In this document: in pieces, positions 13,751-26,264 of the stretch | How positions within the stretch are numbered: the stretch's first letter is position 1 | How the letters are laid out: every line of letters starts with the position of its first letter | From: Takakia lepidozioides | Lineage: Eukaryota; Plantae; Bryophyta | DNA length: 64,000 nt | Direction of reading: 5' to 3' | Assembly (NCBI GenBank): GCA_030704615.1 | Contig: CM060731.1 | Location: 30,938,001 to 31,002,000, forward strand | Notes under the pieces: model-generated | Seen by the model: only the letters and a program-made list of their open reading frames with translations | The model's database searches: none | What the model was told of the DNA's origin: nothing | Program-made: the position numbers and the translations under genes

Positions 13751-16700
13751 ATGAGTAACAGAATGCACCGCGGACGACTTGAGGTATGTCACCTATCCTC
13801 TCCTGAAGTAAATGAAGATGGTGTTGAAAGTTCTCCATCAAAATCTTAGGTTTCAACCCGGTGATAATTTTACAGGGCACACGGAAGCAATCAACCAAGA
13901 GGGGAAGAGCTTGGGAGTGGAGGGAAAGAGAGAGGAGAGATTTATCTCTCATGCATATGCCAAATGTGGACACGTCCTTGTGAACACAGAACAGACATAG
14001 AAAAGGGCAGTGCAATTTTGTACACAGTAGTGTTAATCTCTCCACTCAAATCAGAGAAATGCAGAGAGGTAGCAACACAGTTGGCCAATAAAGTGAGGTG
14101 TCCATGGCTGCAGTTCTGGCCTAGGCAGCTTGTGAAAAAGTGGCTTTCAGTCAGAAGATCTGGAAATCATCAGTTCAACCATGACCATGAGATGGATATG
14201 GACAGCGAGTTTGAAGATGACGATGGTAAGTTCCTCGCTTTTCTGCATAGACATGGCCTGCACTCACAACTCTGTGAGGATACTGTTTACTTCCTAGGCA
14301 CTTCGGCGAGTATTTGCTTGGGTCTGTTATGATAAATGCAACCAACCACTCCTTCTTAGAGACATCTGTACTGCAATATGCCCTAGCAGGGGGAGTATAG
14401 TGCTTTCGAATGCAAACCAATGCGTATTTAGGAGACAGTGCAATGTCATCATCATTGACTATGTTGAGGAGTGGTCCATGTACTCATACTGCAGATAGGG
14501 AAGCCTTTGAGGCCGAAAACAGAGCAGACATTAAGGAGCTCGAATCACGGTTGAGTGAACTCGCTACGGTCACAGGTATTGCCACAATCTTGTAGTCCGT
14601 CTACTTGTGTATGATGCCATTTGGTGCCATCCTGGGGTTGGGGCGTATAATGCCTTGGGTTCTTAACATCGATGGTGGGGATTTTTACATGTGAGCTTTG
14701 GTTACCAAAATGTAAAAAGGTCATGTTGCAGTTGAACAAGATGATGTCTGTGAGTCCATGGGTAAAGATCATAATTGACATTGATATTGATCAAGAATGG
14801 GTTCATGATTCCATTCTGTTTCTGTACTGATGCCTTAATATTAATGAATATTTACCTTGATAGAATCTACACTGTCTAACCCCACACTTGCATCTCAGAG
14901 ACAGCACCAAAGAACTCCTCATATTCGTTGTTGCGAGGGCAGTCTGAGACATTACGTCAACAATTTGTTGAAGACCGTGAATTCCGGTAGAGTGCTGGCC
15001 CTAAACAATGCTGCTAGTGACTGTCCCTTTTTCACTTGAGGTGAATGTCTCAGTGTGTTGCTGTCAGCATCAGCATTGGTAGGTACTGAAATTGGCTTCT
15101 TCTGTGGCCTTGAGCAGAATATCAGTGGGAACATGGAATGTCGCCGGAAAGCCGCCCCCAGACGACCTGGATCTGGAGGACTGGTTGGACACTACTCAGC
15201 CAGCAGATATTTATGTGCTTGGGTATGCAAGCAGATGCCAATCTATGTCTCTGTCCCTATAATTTCATTTTGTTGTATCTATCTGCCTTGTATTCATCCG
15301 CAAGTTAATAGCTTAGTTAGGCAGGTTGCATCTGCAACAAGGCTTTGAAGGGACTGAGAGAGAGGGAGACAGATAGGAAGAGATTTCTACTGCAAATAAA
15401 GCAGACTAGCTTTTACATGAGTAAGTTGTGTGCATTGCTGCAGCTTCCAGGAAATCGTGCCATTGAATGCGGGTAATGTATTGTGTGTGGAAGATGAAGG
15501 CCCAGCTGCAAGATGGGAATCGTTGATCCGTCATACACTTAACAGTAAAATGGGCCAGTACAAAGAGGAAGGGCAACCAAAAAGCTACAGCGCACCCTCA
15601 TCACCATGGCGCGAAGATGATCTCTCAGACGAAGTTCCTCAAGTCTCTCATGTTGAAAGCCTGGTGGAAAGCATTCCAAAAGAGGAAGAGGTCACTTCTT
15701 CTAGTAGGAAGAGGCAGTTGAAGAAATCAAGCAGTGGGCGAATCCCTGAAGAAATGTTTCGGTCACTCACCAGGCAGGTCTCCACCTCTTGTGGGTGGAT
15801 AGATGAGGAGTTTACAGATGAGTCAGCCATCATGGCCCCTCTCTTCTCAAGTGGCATGCTATCCTCACACTCTAATCAGCGCCAAAACCACTACTCACGC
15901 ATTGCAAGCAAGCAAATGGTGGGGATCTTTATATCTGTTTGGGTCCGTTCAGACCTCCGGCGCCATGTACATAACTTGAAGGTGTCCTGTGTTGGCTGTG
16001 GGATCATGGGCTATCTCGGTAACAAGGTCAGCATCTCTCTTTGTCTAATTTCTTTCCTGTTTTTCTGTCACAGCACACTTGCCCCTTGTGCACAATTGTA
16101 GTTCTGGCATTGCAGCAGGGCACACGTGCTTGTTGAATATTTCATGTGTATGTGTACATTTCAATTAAACTGGCAAGTGGAAATCTGCGAAGGAGGATAA
16201 AGAAGAGGATCTACTTCAAACAATTCTGTAATGAGAATATATTTCTGCTTTCCTGACATGCAAGGAGTTGTTTTAGGGAGTTATATGCTATCTTTTCTGA
16301 GGGGTGTTTCTTAAGATGGGTGTGTGATTTCGGATGCAGGGGTCTATTTCAGTTAGCATGTCCCTACATCAGACCAGCTTTTGCTTTGTGTGTGCACACT
16401 TGACCTCTGGTCACAAGGAAGGGGATGAACTTCGCAGAAACGCAGACGTAGCAGAGATTTTGCGCCGGACGAGATTTCCACGATTGGTCAAGTTTTCTGG
16501 AATAGAGCTGCCAGAGACAATATTGGCACACGAGTAAGTAGATCTTGTGTTGTATAACATTAGGTGAATACATATACATTATTCTTTCCTTTGTAATGGT
16601 AAATTCTACCACAACAGGTTAGCCAAGCATTCAACTGGCTGTTAATTTGCAGCTGGTTCAAGTTTTTACCATTTAAGATCGAATTTTCAGTTAGATCTGC

Positions 16701-19408
16701 ATTAGATAGTGTGTGCTGTGAGTGTGAGAGGGATAGAGAGGAACAGAAAGAAAGGAACAAAAACTTCATAATGTCCTCAGAGAGCTCAGAGAGTGCATGG
16801 GACAAAGAGATAATGACTAGAAACATTGGCCTCCACTAATCAGCCTCCACCACAACCCTTTAAAGAGCTGAAATGCGTCTTTGAGTTATTTTGTGCATCC
16901 ACTATTTCAGTTGTATGACGAGAGCAAGTGAAGGCCTCTGCCAAGGACAAGGTATATGTAAGAAAGTGTAGCGCAGAAGAAAAAGAGATGTTGCTGTGTC
17001 CCCGCTTGGGGTTGATGGTCACTGGACAATTTTTAACCTCACAAAGTCTACTAGTCCAGTGCCCCGGAGGTAGTGAGAGCAACTTGGAAGGTGCCCAAAG
17101 CTAATTTGAGGGATGTGGCTAACTTAGCAGAGAGATAGGAGGGCATCATGACTAAAAAACCCTGTCCCTCTCTCTGTGGTTCCTTGTGGTTCTAATTGTG
17201 TGAGCCTTTTGAGCATCCTATGACTTCATTGTCTTCTTTCTTTTTCTGAAAAGTAGAGAAAGGGGGGTGGGTTCACATTAGCATGCTCGCTATGGATTTT
17301 CATCATGTGTATCTGTTCTGTTGCATGACCTACACTTATGCAGTCGGATTATATGGCTGGGGGATCTGAACTATCGCCTTTCTTTATCGAATAGAGAGGC
17401 ATGGAAAGCAATCAGTTGCAGTGATTGGGAGGCTCTTCTACAAAGGGATCAGGTACTCTCATTTTCACTTGTGATTAGGATCATGACTGCATCTTTGAGC
17501 TGAGGACTATACACACTAGTGTGAAAACTCCCATTTTGTTCATCTTGGGACATATGAAAATGATAGGTTCTGCTTATCGTGGGAATCTTGTCAAGGTTTC
17601 CTGTCAAACAAAGGAAGGTTGACTCCTGCCGAAGCAAGCATAAATCTGGTGTCACTTCACCCCAACGTCAAACAAAGATTTAGATACTGTGGACCGACCG
17701 GCACTAGGAGTTTGCAGAGATCTGATATTTTGGTCGTTCATCTGGAATGATCAGCTTAAACTTGAGCAAACAGCTGGGCGTGTGTTCGAAGGGTGGCACG
17801 AGGGCTCTATTTCTTTTCCTCCAACTTACAAGTTTGTAGCCAATTCAGACGAGTACTTCAGGGAAACTGTGAAACCTGGAGAGAAACGCCGTACACCTGC
17901 TTGGTAAGTGCAGTATTCTGTCAAGGTTTACTATTTCCTTGTGGATTTGCCTTTGCGTGCTCTTTTGGTGTCATCATCATCTATATCAATCCTTGAGATG
18001 ACTAGCAGAGCTGATCTATTACCAGCTTGAGTGGGTTTTTTTAAAGTTAATAATTATGGCGCTACTTTACAAATGCGTTCCTCTCTCCAGAAATTATCTC
18101 AGTTTCTGAGGAGCTGGACCTTTGCTTTCATGTGGTCTTAACAGGTGTGATCGCATTCTTTGGTACGGAAAAGGTTTAAGAGAAGTGGCATATACAGGAA
18201 GAGAGTCAAAGCTGTCTGACCACCGACCAGTAAATGCCACATTCATGGCAGAGGCGGAGGTAGTTAGTTGGAGGAAGCTAAAAAAAGCATGCACACTGAC
18301 AAAGAATGCCAAAGTGGAAGTGGAGGAGCTCTTGCCACCCATTGTAGATGTTCTGAAGATCCAGTGCCATGAGGTACAGTTAACTACACTTAGTGCTGCT
18401 GTACTTCTACTACTGCTTGGAAGATGCAGTTGCTTTGAGTGCATCCACTAGGAAAAAATTGACATATAGTTGAAACTATTCTATGGAACTTCAAATGAGC
18501 AAAATTCAAGTGGAACATTTTGGTTGCGTGAGCTTATTGCAAAATGTGGTTGTGACAGTAGGACGTGGATGGCAGATGATGCATCAAAGCCCCATGTGAA
18601 GTTCTGCATTGTGGCACAGGATGCACTCACTGTGATAAGCTATAGATGCGTAAAGACCATTCACTTTTGGTTTTCACTGAGAGATCCAACCATGTGTGGT
18701 CACAAGTAATGTTCTAAAATGCAGAGGACCTCAAAACTGACCCTTCTTGTATAATTGCAATAGCCTTTCCTTGTTCTGTAACAAACCAGACCCAGTAAGT
18801 GTCATGTGAGGAAAGTCTGTATCTGAAAACTGTTCCTCCTTAATTCGTGTAGGTGACATGCACTACACCAGCTCCGAATTGGCTTCAGCACCATGACACA
18901 TATGAGGAAGCTCCTGAAGATGGGGTGCCGTCACGAGGGCCCAGTAATATCTTATCAAGAAGGTGGATGTCGACTGAGCAACCATCCAAAGGATGCAAAA
19001 ACACTGGAGACAGAGTCAAGGTATTATTATGTTGTTTTACCTACAATGTTGTGTATGAACTTGTCTTGTGGTACCCACACTAGGAAGTCTTTGTGCGAGA
19101 TAATGACAACTTTCCTTCTTCTATTCACCTACGAATGAGCATTAAGAAGAGAAGCTTGATTGGAACTCTCTCATTTTGTAAGCATCCTGAGGTATTGGTC
19201 ATTCCATACTTCATTTGTTTTATATCAACTTTCAATTCTCTCTTTCTAGGCCTTGAGGTTTTAGGAGTAGAAGTGTTTCCTCTTGGGCATTTTCTTGTGA
19301 TCCACGTACTTCCTTCGGACCTTGAGTGTTCTTGCTGCACTTCTTGCTTGATTGCAGGGGAGAAAGGCCTCAGCAATCGACCAATTCGACTTGCTTTCAG
19401 TGTACTGA
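13751..19408 (+). CDS. Type I inositol polyphosphate 5-phosphatase (plant IP5P/CVP2-like family), about 633 aa
   Basis: Phase-consistent exons: 13751-13783, 14114-14225, 14495-14575, 14899-14986, 15118-15222, 15444-16026, 16340-16533, 17344-17452, 17755-17903, 18145-18373, 18853-19020, 19358-19408. Motifs: [91 protein letters not shown]. The last two exons are less certain. A 5'UTR intron donor is likely at 13061. Confidence 0.9.
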
Positions 19409-21699
19409 GCAACAGAGAATTTTCCTGAAATAGAACAAAGGATAAAAGTCCCAACCAGCAGTCTAGGTCAATTGTAGCCAAGAGCCCAAAGGGCTTTGCA
19501 GATTCTGTATTTTTTCCATTTGCCTTCTCGTTCCAAATCAAATCTGTGTAAAATAATTCAAAAACACATTTGTATCTTACGATTGAAAGACTCAGAAATC
19601 TACTGTTCTCTTTGAGGCACAAGCCCGAGCAGGAGGGATATCAACTGTTTGCAGCTCCTTGAAGCAATATACTTAGCTTTGAAGGATTAGAGTATTCCTT
19701 GCTACTCTCATAAAGCTAGACAGTAAGGTGCATCAGCAGCCCTTCCGTTGTTGGTGTGTCAAAAGTAACCTTGCAGATGAGAATAAAGTCCAAATCTGAG
19801 GGAAGCTGCTCTTCCGAGAAGGGTACTCACTGATTACTGATAAGCTCTCGCCTCTCCAAATATATGAGCACCAAATGGCCCTGCCAAATGGAAGCTTGTT
19901 TATCGACGAGTGGCATATCGTAAGTCCAGATCCCCCAGCTTCTTTCATTTTCATTCCTTCCTCTGTCTGCAGGCTATGGTAAAAAAAGGCAAATCAGATC
20001 AAGTTTCTTTTTATCCAGGAGAAGTATTCAGAGGTCTGGAGTCTGAACATCTCAGGGTCTTGGAGTTTGTTTCTAACCTTCTTGCTTGCCTGTGTGCAGG
20101 CATGGAAGGGTGGCATGGATTATGTGTGTCAGGCAGCAGTAGTGAAAGACAACCACAAAATAAATTGGTCGAGTGCTTTGTGGGAAGGAAGAGCTATAGA
20201 AGCACTTCTTATTATACCTTACCTTTGTCTCATTTTGGGTATTGGCATTAGTCAAGGCCCTTCGAGCTTACTCCTCCGACTAACGTGATCTTTCAAACAC
20301 AGCTTGAACACATGGAAGTCGTATCTGAACCTCGTCAGAAGAAATGTTCGTACCTAGTTCCAGGAACTGAGGGCTTTTGCTCGCTCGAACAGCTGGTCGA
20401 GCCGTAGCACAGACACCTTACTCTAAGTAACACAGAGATGGGACGGGAATGAATAGGAGGAAAGATTGAAGCACGACCTTGAGTGATAGGAGGTAGGAAA
20501 GATGGGAAGGAACCCCATGCAGCTTGTGTTCCCCCACATTGTAAATGATATCGGTACAGCAACTATACCAGTCTGAAGAAGGGCCTCATAGGATTCGGCA
20601 CAGTGGAGGTTTCATGGCGATCTGCTAGCTGAGAAGTGCATCTTCAGGATTCGACATCTCCAAATCCTTCAAAAACTTAGGTGGGAAGCAACACTCGAAT
20701 CATCAGAGTCCCACTAAGCTTGTGCAGGGCAACGTTCTAATTGAGGAATATTATTGTTTCTTAGGTATAAACTGAGGCAATAATGTATAAACCGCCATCC
20801 ATTTACGCTTACAAGGTTGTGTGGGACACTCGTTGTCTTTCTTCGTGTTTGCGTTCTGCATTTGTGTCGTTCTCTGCACATCTGAACAAGTTTTCCACTG
20901 TCGAGATTGCTGGTAGTAGCGACGTTGGGGAGCTCGTGCAGCTTGTTGTGCAGGCCATGGTGTCAGATTGGATGTATCTTGAGACATCGTAAGGAGGGAA
21001 GGAGAGCTTCATCATCTCTGGATTACGTGTGTGTAGGTCTTGGTTTGCTGACTTTCTCACCTGCCTTTCCGTCCTGCTGGGAGATTTGTGAATAGCGCCA
21101 CCAGCCTGGAAGTGGCCACCAGCCTGGACTTTGAGTAGATTAGTTTTCCAGCATTGGGATTGGAGCACTATCTGGCCTAAGCCCTGCATGGGAAGGAGGG
21201 TTTTATCTGGTACCTTAACTTGTGCAAATATCCAGGTTCATATATAGTTGGCCCAAATTTTGTTTCCAGGGATGCGTTTGATAGGAATGAATCTATTTGG
21301 CTTGAAATTGACTTCCTCCCTTCACCTCTTCCACTGTTCGCTTAAAAGTGTTTCCCAGTTGGAGAATCGTCTCCAACATATTACACATTACGCTAGTGTT
21401 GTTGAATAACTTGTTTGTCGATGATTCTGACACCTCTCATCCGCTGCATGTTTCCTTGAGAAACCACAGGTTTCAACAATTTACGGGTTGAATGTTTCTA
21501 GATTGTCAATGAAGACGCAGTCAGTAAAATGCTCATTTTAAGTAATTCTGGACTTAAGTTTGGTTCTAAAATAACTATAAATTATTTTAAAGTATAATTA
21601 TTTTAACTTTAAATAAAGGATGATAGGAAATCGGCAACCAATGTTGACTAACTTCCAAAGTAGGGTGCTATGAAAATTGGAAGGTTAGTTAGGATGAAA

Positions 21700-22470
21700 G
21701 GTCTCCCTTGCTACTCCAAGGGGAGCTGACACCTATTCCGCTACAACCTATTTGGGGAAACATGAACAATCCGAATGCCAAGAAGAAAAATGTCCATATT
21801 GTGAATGGTATTTCTAAGTACTGCGGATTGTGGTGGATCTAGACAAGAACTATGAAAGCATCATGAAGAACTATGATGAATATTGGAAGGATGTTTTACT
21901 GAAACTTGACAAGTAACTGTGAGATCCAAACGACAAGCTTGAGGAAGGGTTTTGGCCTTCGACTCGTTGAAAATATAACCATGATAGAGATGGGATTAGG
22001 GTTGAAGATCAGAGTGAAGAGTCAGAAGATGAGGATCGCAACCAGCTGGATCCATATTGTGGACCAAAGAATCAGAAGCTTAAAGAGCCTTGATGAACTC
22101 ATTCAAGGATATCTATTGAATTTGGAAATTTTATACTTGTTTGACCAACAGACACGAAGACATATCCAGTTTGGATGGGTGTGGCAATTTCAAAGGTTGT
22201 TTGTGACCACTCAGATGCGAGGTATCGGCACGTCCTTGTGGAGTGGTGGAGATCTATCAAATGTGCACGGGAGGACGTGGAGAAGTATAGAAATTGTTGA
22301 GACAGAACTTGGGAGTTCAACGAATCTGATTCGCCAACGTGGATACATACGAACGGTGTTGTATGGACAACGTGTCCTCGCAAGAACACCTCCAAGTTGA
22401 GCTGTAAACGACTTGGAAAAGCAAAACTCAGATAATGTGAAAGGAAATCTTTATGTTGTGAACAATCAAA
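21700..22470 (+). pseudogene. Degenerate C-terminal part of a DNA-transposon protein (possibly DUF7869/Sola-like)
   Basis: Stop-riddled frames give PYCGPKNQK...GNFILV*PTDTKTYPVWMGVAISK...VLVEWWRSIK...YRNC*DRTWEFNE..PTWIH. This W-rich pattern resembles bryophyte transposon proteins I recall. The family assignment is tentative. Confidence 0.45.
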
Positions 22471-22652
22471 ATGAGTGTGATTAAGTACAATGTAGAGATG
22501 TGCGCAGGAGATCTCATTTGGTACAATGACCACATGATTTGTGAATGTTCATATTAGTGGTAATATCTTACGGAACCTCATTTGATATTCAGAAGGTGAT
22601 CTTGATTTGTCTTGCTCGACAATTCCAACATTTCAAATACTTAACATTTAGC

Positions 22653-25616
22653 CAAATAGTTTTTATTTAGCTTTGTTGTATTCGATGGTTTAGTGCATTA
22701 CACATGGAACACGAGAGATCTCATGTGCTACAATATCTTCACGATTTCCGAGTGACCGGATGATTTTTGTTTATTTATCTTAGTTCTTATTGTAGAATAA
22801 AGTATGGATCCCAATATTTGATGTTTTGAAGTTGATAAGGAATTGTCGTTTCCAAATATTGCAATATTTCAAGGGATGTCATTTTCTCTACCGATTCGGC
22901 GATTTCAACGGTGGCCCCTTACAAATTTGTACGTACTCCTTTGTTTTATCTTCGATGATTCCATTGATTTCAAATACATAGCACGGGAAATCGCATAATC
23001 GGTAGAGAAATCGCCGAATCGGTTTAGACACCATTTGCCATGGTGACATGTTCAAGTCAATGTCTCTAGCGATTTCATCGTGACCCCATATGAGTTTTTA
23101 TGTTTTTACTTTGTTTTGTTTTTTACTGTTCCATGCATTTCACATGTAGGCAAGATATCCCTTCTACACCCCATGACTTCTGAAATGTTATTTTAGTGGT
23201 GATTGTAGAATAGATTCTGGTGATTGCAAATTCTCATTTGATGTCCTCAAGGTGACAAAGAATTTTTTTTGTCCTTCAATTTCAATATTATAAAATGTTA
23301 TATTAATGTCTCTACCAATTTCAAAGTGTGATCCATAGTTTAACTTTACTTTTTATATGACATTTGCATGCATTTGACATGTGTCACGGGAGATCTCATC
23401 TTGTCAATGACGTCCACATGATTTATGAATGTTCATATTAGTGGCGATTGTGTAATATCTTATGGGATCTCATCTGATATTCTGAAGGTGATCGTATCTG
23501 AAATTTTTTAAATTGTGCTCACATAATATTCACTTTTGATTTTATGCTCACTGAAATTTCGGTCTGCTCACTTGCTCACCTGCTCACCAACTATCAACAC
23601 CCATAAGGCGGCTGGCAGCTCACCCACGTTGATCCACAAATAGGGTAAGATCAAATTTGAAAAAACATTTGTGAGTTGAAACTATCACAATATGAAAATA
23701 TTGGTTTTAATAGTCAATAAAGGTCAAGATTGTCAGTTGAAGCAAATCTGATGGTTGAGGATTCGCCACGTCCTTGTTTATGTACTCTTTATGTATATTT
23801 TTGGTCCACTCTAGCTTGCGATCACCCTGTATAGCAGCGCGCGCTCCATGGATATGCTCCCGCAAATGCCTGCCCTCCAAGATATGTTGACCGTCCAACC
23901 CCATGAAGACAGTTCCTACTCGCGAGGATAGGAAATGTAGAAAAATCATTGCAATACGCCACTGAGTAGACTTTGTAGCCCATGACTTTTAAAACCAGAT
24001 GTACAACGGGGAATGATGGATGAAGGACGTCCATAGTTTCATCCGGACCCGTCTCGGCCATCCTGTCATGGGAGCTCCCACAATGTTTTTTTCCTCTCTA
24101 TGCAAGGTTTGTGTGTACAATACCTAGATATGATTTTAGTTTGGGGAATCCAAACTATGGATAGCCTACCACAGTTGTTTATGAGTGTGGTGGAGTGGTT
24201 GTATAGACTATCTTGCCACATAAGAATGGAGGGCCACATTAGACTACTCCCCAAGACCAAGACCAACTCAAAATGCAATGATCTTATTGATAATAGCTAA
24301 TGAAATGTCAAAACTCTTAATGTATCTTGTCTATATATTGGATAATTAGAAATATAGACATATTAATATATTATATATATACATCAACAAACCTTATGAT
24401 AGGATGTATGTACATCCATTTAGCTCTATAATTGAGTTTTAAGTAAAAATGGACATAAACATGAAATATGGATATTTGATAAGTAATACTAAGTGATTAC
24501 TAAATATAAATAATATTATATGCAGAATTAATAATCAATTGAAATTTAAAATTTTGATTTTCGGGGATTGTTTGGAAAATTAGCATTGTTCTTTGCAAAT
24601 TAAATGAGAATAGCAAGACGTGTCCCTTTGCATTTGAAACTTATATCTCGTGCTCTTTGCATGTGAAGTATTGAAATCTAGACAGGAAAAAAAATCCATA
24701 TCTTATATATAATAGCTAAATGTAACGTTAATATTGAAAAATTATATAACAAATGGCGGAGGGGAGATCTTCTGTGCACCTGATAGTTAGTTTTTTGCTG
24801 CAGGTGTAACATATTATCATTCAATTACTACATTATGGTTTCATATATTTTACTTGGAGATATAATCCACAGTGACCAAGAAATATAATTTGATTAAACT
24901 GCTGAAGTTTATGTTAGAGCACAGAACGATTTCAGTATACAAGCACCACTAAGATTACTACTCAAAAATCGTGTGGTCTTTTGACAAGAGGAGATCTCCC
25001 GTGACTACATGTCAAATGCATGCAAATATCATTTAGAAAACAAAGTAAGACGTTACAAACCGCTATGGGTGAACCGTGACATCATGTGGTCATTGACAAG
25101 ATCAGGAGTTCTCCTATGACTACATGTCAAATGCATGCAAATCTATATAAAAAAATAAAGTTAAACTTTAAAAATCGCTATGGGTCACACTTTGAAATTG
25201 GTAGAGACATTAATATAACAATTTTGTAATATTGAAATTGGAGGACAAAAACTTCTTTGTCACATTGAGGACATCAAATGAGAATTTGCAATCACCGAAA
25301 TCTTTTTTACAATAACCACTAAAATAACATTTCAGAAGTGATCGGTGTAGAAAGGGATATCTCCCGTACTACATGCGAAATGCATGGAACAGTATAAAAT
25401 AAAACAAAGTAAAACGTGAAAATTCACAAGGGGTCACCGATGAAATCGCTAGAGATATTGACTTGAACATGTCAACATGACATATGACGGGATGTCATTT
25501 TCTCATCGGGTCACTCGGAAATCATGAAGTCATTGTAGCACATGAGATCTCTCATGCTCCATGTGTAAATTTGCAATAAACCATCAAGTACAACAAAGCT
25601 AAAACAAACTATTTGC
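22653..25616. repeat. Large inverted repeat with ~0.5-0.75 kb arms of internally repetitive sequence and a ~1.6 kb spacer
   Basis: 22653-22762 is the reverse complement of 25503-25616, and 23044-23410 is the reverse complement of ~25090-25474 (e.g. TGACATGTTCAAGTCAAT.TCTCTAGCGATTTCATCG versus CGATGAAATCGCTAGAGATATTGACTTGAACATGTCA). Direct repeats also occur at ~22505 and ~23388. Confidence 0.85.
23707..24061 (-). pseudogene. Remnant of a ParB/Srx-like domain ORF
   Basis: Minus frame reads KSWATKSTQWRIAM...SSRVGTVFMGLDGQHILEG, with a hydrophobic strand followed by DGQH like the ParB DGxHR motif. Confidence 0.4.
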
Positions 25617-25702
25617 CAGCAGTCACGGTTGAAAATGAGATCAACCCGTGAACATGTACAAAAACATCAGGGATTCAAGCTTAGTTGTTGTTGTTGAGCT
25701 CA

Positions 25703-26196
25703 TGACGTCTTGATGTGTGTAGGGTGATCGAGTTATCTGAAACGCCATAGCTTATCTATAGTTTCTGGTTTCTAGTTTTTGGTTCGAGTTGAATTTGTAA
25801 CTTTATGGTGTTCTTTGGCTCTGGTTCGTATTAGCAGCTTGCTTGAGCCACGATCACAACTGTGTGTGAGAGAGCTAACGTCCACAGGGCCTGTCAGGGG
25901 GTTCACGGGTTGTCTTGTGATTCGGCTGTTTCCTTTGTTGACGGACAGAATTTTATTGTGAACCTTGGCAACATGATGTGAATGGTAGACCTTCATGTAG
26001 CACCAGATTATCATTCGGGCATATGCATAAGGTTCATGGGTTGTTTTGATTCGGTTGTTTCTCTGCTGGGAGGGAGAATTGCAGGGAGGGAAGGAGAGAG
26101 AGAAGGAGTGGGAGCCAACAAACTGTAGGCATGCCAGGGTCAAGCAGCAAGTACACACAAACCTCATTCCTTCCTTCTTAAGTTGAGCACTCAACA
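25703..26196. mobile_element. Solo LTR (494 bp)
   Basis: Starts TG(ACG) and ends (TCAA)CA. Flanked by a 5-bp direct repeat GCTCA at 25698-25702 and 26197-26201. Confidence 0.6.
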
Positions 26197-26264
26197 GCTC
26201 AAGTTGACAACTTCAGTTTTTTCTTAAGGAAAAATTGTAAATTTTATCTTTGTTTGAATTATAT

